Shown here piece by piece: positions 61,801 through 64,000 of a stretch of 64,000 nucleotides of DNA. How positions within the stretch are numbered: position 1 is the first letter of the stretch; every line of letters begins with the position of its first letter. This DNA is from Nitrosopumilus sp. (GTDB lineage Archaea; Thermoproteota; Nitrososphaeria; Nitrososphaerales; Nitrosopumilaceae), in NCBI GenBank assembly GCA_965218785.1, contig OZ244650.1, positions 1,184,001-1,248,000 of the forward strand, read 5' to 3'. Made by a program: the position numbers and the translations under genes. Below the pieces are notes generated by a model. It made no database searches. It was not told the origin of the DNA and saw nothing but the letters and a program-made list of their open reading frames with translations.

Positions 61801-64000
61801 ACGGATGCGCTAAACGTGACAGCATAGGATACGGTATTGGAGGATGTGATGATGCCGGTTCCGCCGGTAACAGTATCAGACAGGGATACTACGGACAACG
61901 GACTAGTCACTATTACATCGGAGCTGCCGGCAAGTGAGTTGAGAGAATCAGTTGCAGGAAGTACCAGGCTGGCAGGAACGGTGGTATCACTGGTGGTAAA
62001 TATGGTTCCGCCGTTTAATCTGAGCGAGCCAGTATCAACATAATTGAGATCATCTGAGAGATGGCCCACGGCAACGGTATATCGGAATATCAGGTCGGTT
62101 CCAGGCGAGCCGGAGAGATAGTCTGCCATTGCATCAGTATCGCCAGTCTCCAGCGTCAGTTGCGGGGTGTCAGTCACATCCACTGACTCGTCAAATGTAA
62201 TGGTGATATCAACTGTCTCACCCGGGACGTGGGTGCCGGGTGCCGCCGCAGATACGCCGGTGACTGTGGGTATGTCCATCACGTTAACGGTATACTGGTT
62301 TGATGCCATGCTGTCCTGTCCACCCCCGGTCCGTGCTGCAAATTTGGGGATAAATACTGTAACCATGCCATCAGAGGCAGTCACAACATCAAAGGTGTAG
62401 GTGTTCCCGGTTCCCGCAAAGTTGGATGGTACAAGCGAGCCGCCGGATGCCGTTCCGGATACTAGGATATCCGTCACATCAAAGTCTATCACGTCCACGT
62501 TGAAGGTGGCAGTATATGATACGGTGTCAAGGTTGTGTATGCCGCCATCAGGCGTATCCGCAGTTATGGTTACGGTTGGTGCAAGACCGAATGTCTGTAC
62601 CCTGTTGTTGCCGGTGTCTGCAACCACCATGTGCGTGGAGGTCAGCGCGATTGCAGTTGGCCCGCTAAACTGGGCACGGCCCGTGCCGGTACCGCCGATT
62701 GTATAGAAATAGTTCCCGTCCAGATCAAAGACCTGGATCCTGTTGTTGCCGGTGTCTGCAACAATTATGTGCGTGGAGGTTGCCGCAACCCCGGTTGGGG
62801 AGCTAAACTGGGTGTCACCAGAGCCTCCACGGCCAAACTTGCTGAGATAGTTGCCGTCCAGATCATAGACTGTTACCCTGTTGTTGCCGGTGTCTGCAAC
62901 AATTATGTTGGTGGGGGTTACTGCAACTCCGCCTGGAAGGTTGAACCGATTGTTGACAGTGCCGATACCGCCGAATTTGCTGACAAACTCGCCGTCCATA
63001 TCAAAGACCTGTATCCTGTGGGTGTGGGTGTCTGCAACGATTATGTGCGTAGAGTTTGCCGTGATTCCCGAGGGGAAGTTAAACCTGCCGTTGGCCTCGC
63101 CAAGACTGCCAAACTGGCTGAGATAGGTGCCCTGTAAGTCAAATATCTGTATCCTGTCGTTGTTGCTGTCTGCAACCAGTATGTTGTCAGGGGTCACCGT
63201 AATTCCACGGAGATTACTAAAAGTACCGCCGGGAGGGGGATTGACAAAGCCGATAGAAGGTACAAACGGATTAGAAGTTCCAAACTGGTCCTCATAACTG
63301 CCTGCAATATTGAATACCTGCACCCTGTCGTTGTTGGTGTCTGCAACCAGTATGTGTGAATCGTTTACCGTGACACCCCGTGGGCTGTCAAACTCACCGT
63401 CAGCGCTGCCAGAACGGCCAATCGAATTAAAGTGGGCTGCAATTGGTATAAAGATATCAAATGTAATGGTGTGCATATTTGATGCGGGGTTTAGGTTATT
63501 GTCTTCATCTGTTGCCACGCCTGCGGGGATTGATACGACAAGTGTTCCATCACTGGTTGCCGTCACATCAAACATGTATACGTTGCCGGATCCTGCAAAG
63601 TTGGTTATGGGGGAGGCGCCACGGGGTGCCGTTCCAGTTAATGATATATCAGATGCGACAAAGTCTGCCACCACCTTGTTGAAGGTAACGGTGTATGATG
63701 CGGTATTGGAGGTGTGGATGCCGCCATCAGGGGTGTCAGTGGCAGTTATACTCACGGTAAGAGGAAGAGTTGAGAGGTCATTAGATACGGTCCGGTCATC
63801 AAATGCGGCAAGTGTGTTTCCAGCAACATCAGTTATCATGGCATTGCCATTATAATCCACCATAATCGTATCAGCGTTGACAATTGCCGTGTTTACAGTT
63901 AGGGTTATGGTACGGCCATCCACTACGGGAACATCAGTAGAGGTATTGGTATCAAGTGTAAAGTCTCCTACAGCGGCAGTTCCCATAATGGGTTCTGATG
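43890..64000 (-). CDS. Giant (>6,700 aa) surface/adhesin-like protein with Ig-like and NHL/beta-propeller repeats; 5' end outside the window
   Basis: Dozens of ~100-aa T/V/D/S-rich Ig-like units (YTATFSE..DAAGN), NHL repeats (ILVADTGNHRIQVFD); the ATG at 63986 sits in the internal SEPIMG repeat motif and the frame is open to the window edge. Confidence 0.9.
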   Translation of the reverse strand, partial: SEPIMGTAAVGDFTLDTNTSTDVPVVDGRTITLTVNTAIVNADTIMVDYNGNAMITDVAGNTLAAFDDRTVSNDLSTLPLTVSITATDTPDGGIHTSNTASYTVTFNKVVADFVASDISLTGTAPRGASPITNFAGSGNVYMFDVTATSDGTLVVSIPAGVATDEDNNLNPASNMHTITFDIFIPIAAHFNSIGRSGSADGEFDSPRGVTVNDSHILVADTNNDRVQVFNIAGSYEDQFGTSNPFVPSIGFVNPPPGGTFSNLRGITVTPDNILVADSNNDRIQIFDLQGTYLSQFGSLGEANGRFNFPSGITANSTHIIVADTHTHRIQVFDMDGEFVSKFGGIGTVNNRFNLPGGVAVTPTNIIVADTGNNRVTVYDLDGNYLSKFGRGGSGDTQFSSPTGVAATSTHIIVADTGNNRIQVFDLDGNYFYTIGGTGTGRAQFSGPTAIALTSTHMVVADTGNNRVQTFGLAPTVTITADTPDGGIHNLDTVSYTATFNVDVIDFDVTDILVSGTASGGSLVPSNFAGTGNTYTFDVVTASDGMVTVFIPKFAARTGGGQDSMASNQYTVNVMDIPTVTGVSAAAPGTHVPGETVDITITFDESVDVTDTPQLTLETGDTDAMADYLSGSPGTDLIFRYTVAVGHLSDDLNYVDTGSLRLNGGTIFTTSDTTVPASLVLPATDSLNSLAGSSDVIVTSPLSVVSLSDTVTGGTGIITSSNTVSYAVTFSASVADFIESDIVVSGTAAAAASGGTLEASNLAGTGGTSYTFDVVTTGDGTVLATIPAGMTTDAAGNGNTASDTHTVIVDVETLTVTISSTTPDDNLQTGDTVSYTATFSEDVTDFAESDIRVTGTASGGTPATSNFEEISATVYTFDVVTTSDGTVLVTILAGVATDAAGNGNVVSATYTVTADTTAPVFSHVVISNAITIVFTASEPLGGSVAADDFEVSDNTIFGVPVISDSTVTITVGTAIPDGGTVTINYTSNTITDLAGNALARFDARSVTDTGPTVTLTNDDTINNRDTNSNTLSYTAVFSKPVTGFGTSDITVTGSASVGTPAASNFVEISGGTVYTFDVVTTSDGTVKVTILAGVAEDIAANGNAASNTYTVTVDTVSPTVTLTAGTRVIRDGGTAQPVTVVCVPPEGETVCVIPADDPSQPETVVQSGDEYMIAGVIRDDGTSQPGTVVQLGEEYIIAGMIRDDGTFQHVTVLCREIPEGETACVVPEDRMSQPGTVICEVPPVGANVCVVPEDSRYLHETISYTATPDGGTQSSETISYTATFSESMRDFDIFDIMVTGTASDNSPVVSNFVVNHTTVYTFDVTTTGDGTVIVTIPEGVATDAAGNGNVASDPYTVTVNTTMVTVTLDSPTPDDNLQTGDTVSYTSIFSEDVTNFDETGITVTGSASGGAPAISNFVAINATAYTFDVATTGDGTVTVMIPADAAMVPAGKTLTASDPYTVTVDTIAPVFSSAVVHDAYTIVITALEPLAGTVNREHFGVSVNTISNTISDNTLVGNLEISGSTITINVDNAIPIDSTVTVSYHGTTITDLAGNALVTFSLRSVTNDNVPTVTLTNDDTINGSTADSRTLSYTVQFSEPVTGFGDQETDIALSGTARTATVSIPIEDDKVTYASTVDGITYTFTVVASTDGTVTVQIPAAVAIDAGGNLNEASGTHTVTVDAAAPVFVSAATVTPTMIAITTSEPLVGTVTASDFVMTGNAFTAVPVIFGNIITITVDTEITSADDITVSYPVSSSDITDAAGNPLAVFTPQAVINNVPGAADPTDHIISPVHSVELPDNGYRHDLIHLTGNYYVSSHTVSVYTGIATWNHNTDIRLYSITDGQISLIGSQTVATVTDRPIIFTTQEVDPPTDPPTDPQIVAITPEDSGENTDDAREDPRSTSIVRIDDDTIAISHVRTDTDSTEGTVTTICHPVRGCPFISTVTLMPEVAAITTFDVDTTSMTPFGNRNSVDYRTGDTGGQISSQSLIAFDADTLIITYSHSNSSPDGFIQAIRVAPDGMLTAGEAVSITADQGRYQSAVKLDADTVVLAYRGADAAGHIQAFDVSSGGASVLTPRTAIPHDAGRTAYNSLLQIDDSTVALAYSEIGTPSTTDGMLDATGGITTTSTNILVADTGNSRIQIFDLDGTHVSQFGSNGTGNNQFYSPRGITTNSTHILVADTGNHRIQIFDLDGTYVNQFDGSGTGNGEFIFPRGITTNSTHILVADTGNHRVQVFDLDGTYVNQFDGSGRGNGLFNGPSGIITTSTSILVTDTGNNRVQVFDLDGTYLREFGGSGTGNGAFIFPRGITTTSTSILVTDSGNHRVQILNLDGTYRSQFGSSGTGNGEFNTPLKITTTPTSILVADTGNNRVQVFALDGTYRSQFGTPTDDGVGRLKIFDVATNGAFTQRGATVTYYDNAADAAFEERIHLNSLAKLDDDTLAVAYRGADAGGFIRVYDVTTTGLATAGGPFEHDTEDGAFNSLVRVDDDILALVYGGDLPETLPSNVASTNTIKTIAAIVPGTDIKVPTIESGITTDDVTIVLVASERLVGTASAEVFSVSNNGIPADPIVAGRTITITVNGTILSGSTVTVGYTGDTITDGSNNALETFTSQSVTNTVTAAPEGSFIATYDHTIGYRSLNPGPGDGQFDRPRGITTTSENILVSDSLNHRVQIFDSDGTYQSQFGTSSPTNGVFNAPRGVATNSTHILVADTNNHRIQVFDLEYNYISQFGSFGVDVIQPDDSIIRAENGKFSAPYGITTNSTHILVADTGNDRIQIFDLVGNHRSSFDNSGVDVIQRQNRDGVMADFDRGMLSLPQGITTTSTNILVADTGNHRIQVFDLSGTHVSTIGSSGTGNGQFSHPQGITTNSTHILVSDTNNHRIQVFDLGGTHVRTIGSHGTGDGEFDRPRGITVNSTSIIVADTGNNRMQVFDLDGVYQDKFGSPGTGNNQFNTPRDITTTSTSILVADSNNNRIQVFDLDGTYLSQFGTPNPTDGVLNTPRGITTNSTHILVADSNNNRIQVFDLDGAYQDQFGSLGTGDGQFNTPRGVATTSENILVADSLNHRIQMFDLDGSYVDQFGSYSATYGITYGPPEHTTEVIPENTFTGTPEHTRQVGPDSRDGSDCTIVTCLAYGPLEDPPGGQFNAPREITANSTHILVADTGNHRIQVFDLDGNYLRQFGNFGAGNGQFNFPEGLAITPTNILVADTENNRIQVFDLDGNYLDTIGRSDASPGTGDNQFDRPRGITATSTHLLVADSSNNRVQLFDLAPTVTITADTANGGTQNTATVSYDVVFSDAVTGFVVGDITVSGTASDGAPTASNLAGIRDTYTFDVVTTNAGTVTVSIPESVATDTAGNANLASDTYTVTVDADAPRFISVATPDVNTIVITVSEPLVGSVDTGDFTLDGNMINADPVVDGSTITITVVTPLTPSDRLTVSYGGDALTDAAGNRLVSFTNQNVPVILQDLTRPTVTLSTATSNGGTQNTDTISYTATFNETVSGFAIGDIMVIGSASNGAPVASAFVKTSTTVYTFDVVTTGDGTVTVTIPDDVAADTTTNGNMASAPYTVTVDTIAPTVTLSTATSNGGTQNTDTISYTATFSEDVMGFMLTDVGVAGTASGNSPSASNFAITSATVYTFDVATTGDGTVRITIPSNSAMDMAGNGNTAPGVYTVTVDTTGPSITGVSATNGSYSTGETVDIIVTFNEKVIVSGVPQLTLETGTDDAVVDYTTGTGGTALTFSYTVEATHTSDDLNYVGTDSLDLNGGTILAFDNDVPASLALPALDSDDSLAGSYAVIVDTEAPEFRSAATSSTTTVVITASESLDVTSDVTGLTVPGNDVSGTPEISGSTIIITVVTEIIPGATFTVSYGGTGITDVAGNALTQFTAESVTNNVSDTTGPTATLTSGTTDGTTTNSATISYTVTFNETVIGFDTASDIMVSGTATAEASAPTVSGTDYIFDVTASTDGTVMVTIPADAAADAANNGNTASDTHTVTVDITAPVFSSASTVTATTIEIIASEPIMGSAAITEFTVLPGNNVSGDVVLSGSTITITVDTSIVFGDAPTVEYTGSGITDAVGNQLAGFTAQTVTNNVPSTIAPNVNSVSATGGPYNAGDTVDITVTFDETVNVTGTPQLSLNTGTTAGYSSGTGTAAIIFQYDVISGHNTDDLSYVGTISLTLNSGTIVAVDDGAIANLVLPPITSSDSLGGGSAVIVDTVVPTVTITNADTDDNGTTASNTITYTATFSEDVTGFDDASDITVSGDAGPTAAAPTGSGDTYTFTVTATTDGTVVVSIPTGAATDPAENGNTVSEDYTVTVDTTAPGVTLSSTTTITNGGTQNTATVSYTATFDMAVTEFAVSDITVTGTASGGSPTASNFVATSPTVYTFDVVTTDDGTVIVTIPANVATDAAGNDNTVSATYTVTVDTTGPTVILSSDTSSGGTQNTATVSYTATFSEPVMGFVIGDIGVTGTASDNSPAASGLLPTSTSVYTFDVATTGDGTVQIAIHPNRVTDVAGNSNTASSVYTVTVDTTGPSITGVSATTNDSYSTGETVDIIVTFNEKVIVSGVPQLTLETGTNDAVVDYTTGTGGTALTFRYTVAATHTSDDLNYVGTGSLDLNGGTILAFDNDIPADLTLPVLTSADSLAGRSAVIVDTEAPEFVSVATRDATTVVITASETLDGTTTATDFTFSDGNVSDNAVLSGSTIIITVDTEIIPGATFTVSYVSSGITDVAGNALTQFTTPSVTNNVSDTTSPTATLTSATPDGTTINTGIISYTVAFDEVVTGFNTASDIMVSGTAAGTASAPIVSGSEFTFTVTASNDGTVVVSIPVDAAADEAGNGNTASATHTVTVDITAPVFSSATTLTARTIEVTASEPIMGSAIATDFTVLPSNTVSGNVVVSGSTITITVDTSIVFVDAPTVAYMGSGITDIAGNTLATFTAQTVTNNVPNPDAPNVDSVSATGGPYNAGDTVDITVTFDAPVDVNETPQLLLETGTADASAGYFSGTGTAAIIFQYTVISGHNTGDLNYVGTGSLTPSGGSITATGGTALANLVLPSTTSADSLGGTSAVIVDTVAPTVTITNADTADGAITNAGAITYTATFSETVTGFAASDITLGGTATATAAAPAGSGDTYTFTVTATTDGTVVVSIPTGAATDTAGNANTASGMYTVTVDTGGSSVLLSTATSDDGKQNTNTISYIAVFNDPTTNFVLEDIVVTGTASGGSPTASNFVATSPTAYTFDVVTTGDGTVIVTIPANVATDPAGNGNDASRVYIVTVDTIAPTVILSSTTPDGSIHNANTITYTATFSEDVTGFDAVSDITVSGTAGPTVAAPAGSGDTYTFTVTTTTDGTVTVSIPADAATDAAEDAAVGEVGNGNTASGDYTVTVNTAVPTVTITANVADGASTNDGSVFYTATFSEDVTGFDAVDDITVSGTAAATLTTPTGSGSTYTFAATTLNGGIITVLIPADVATDAAVGEVGNGNTASATYTVTVNPISQINSLDLTPGGYRHNLVHFTGDYYVSSHTVTRANSDDAALWNFDTVLNLYSIIGGDITLIGSRTVETRTQDKTTTINEFTTHPRSTAVTAVDDDTIAVTYVAGSTSRLRTYDVDTASTTAPFGVSVLTSIGIVLDGQQTHNHSLVTLDATRLVVAYSYPDASPDNYIQIISIDPDNGALSFGTVTALGANNNGQYSSLVKLDDDTVIVAYRGDTQKAYLQAVDILADDTITVIDAVEHDSRRTAYHSLVRVDSDTVAVAYSAIGDAALADDGHGTIKVFDVTSSGGFTGRTNAATYQTTSAAAEFEEQVHINSLALLDSDTLALAYRGDDADGFIRLYDISSTGLTARGDPFEHDTANGAFNSLVSVNDDDDDTLALVYGGDLPSVIANTDTPNTIKTLAVLGPDTTVPTIVAAVTSDANTIVLTASEFLARTAATPVFTVPGNTVTGTVILGTTVTITVDTQISLGDTPTINYAVGDAITDAAGNALAAFAALPVTNNVDDATRPTVTITNADIADGDTTLTDTTASYTVTFNEPVPGFDVADIIISGTASGGAPVPSNFETATADISYTFDVVTTSDGTVIVSVPENVAADPAGNQNTASNTYTITVDAEVPEIVSARLSNNIITIIYSKLVTTDATHYDDVMSPAGTPHTIDSFIDATPDDANYTVISLTLSTTPAGTTATIDVSGPTKTSDSTSALSPLEDYPVTAEVNVVLDATDNRIAVTDFDSTLATVKYPSTVDATLDYSSLIDGESVTPTATTNNEIVVTATGIRGGDIRVTIPAFTSFSSSTFDGILILPTDSGSGCDSTAITSGAQASCIEIGQAGSVINTDKPIRIQLGGQAGNVPWYSEGGAAATQITAACDGDDLTPVSEQLNSAGECFINTGSDLIIWTAHFTVFGSNLVTPPTPPTTTPVDEGTDPVEPDPTPRRGGGGSGGGGGGGGGGGGGGGSGGGDGRGSPYDLSFIFTSNGENVLTVPSQITLEPDASLTITPRILPIDARQNILKMEIILSDPAVPQLPAALIQYMLIANVLAHEECTGKEYATDNLYVCDNASIISETQVSYLESLLSTGKRFNSIMIPFDDEFSGRLSMFLQDNRGITLSAHSNTAYNIAVTSEDGESQSTDRTEPTPEIPVPEIPVPEIPVPEIPVPEIPVPEIPVPEIPVPLPVDPYPGPDTPEPKRSYNIFEQIIRWFQSLFG
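43994..44099 (-). repeat. 15-bp tandem repeat x7 encoding (PEIPV)7
   Basis: gtactggtatttctg repeated perfectly inside the giant gene. Confidence 0.95.
44625..44700 (-). repeat. GGC/GGA trinucleotide tract encoding a poly-Gly linker
   Basis: RRGGGGSGGGGGGGGGGGGGGGSGGGDG. Confidence 0.9.

Noticed and set aside
44155-63855. Many long plus-strand ORFs opposite the giant gene
   Set aside because: Antisense shadows caused by repetitive Thr/Val/Asp codon usage

Overview
Archaeal DNA, inferred to be Nitrososphaerota/Nitrosopumilaceae (thaumarchaeal-type purC-purF-purL-purQ-purS, purP, tatC/tatA, ubiX and CBS-TrkH genes). The giant repeat protein and heavy mobile-element decay would fit a host-associated lineage, but that is inference. 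Core genes are interrupted by AT-rich accessory patches. (i) 10.8-13.0 kb: IS debris carrying heptad-repeat coiled-coil genes and paralogous micro-ORFs. (ii) 18.3-19.8 kb: a small ORF plus two proteasome-beta-like Ntn-hydrolase genes, one catalytic and one apparently inactive. (iii) About 23-39.3 kb: a defence island with AbiE, RelBE relics, an IS3-derived MITE, an anti-phage-type dCTP deaminase with a 40-aa neighbour, an HTH-nucleotidyltransferase fusion, and an intact 6,050-bp IS6-like cargo transposon (TIRs plus 8-bp TSD) carrying a restriction-modification module. The last 20 kb encode the C-terminal 6,700 aa of a giant Ig-like/NHL surface protein that begins beyond the window. No rRNA, tRNA or CRISPR array was recognised. 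All calls were made by eye, without database searches.
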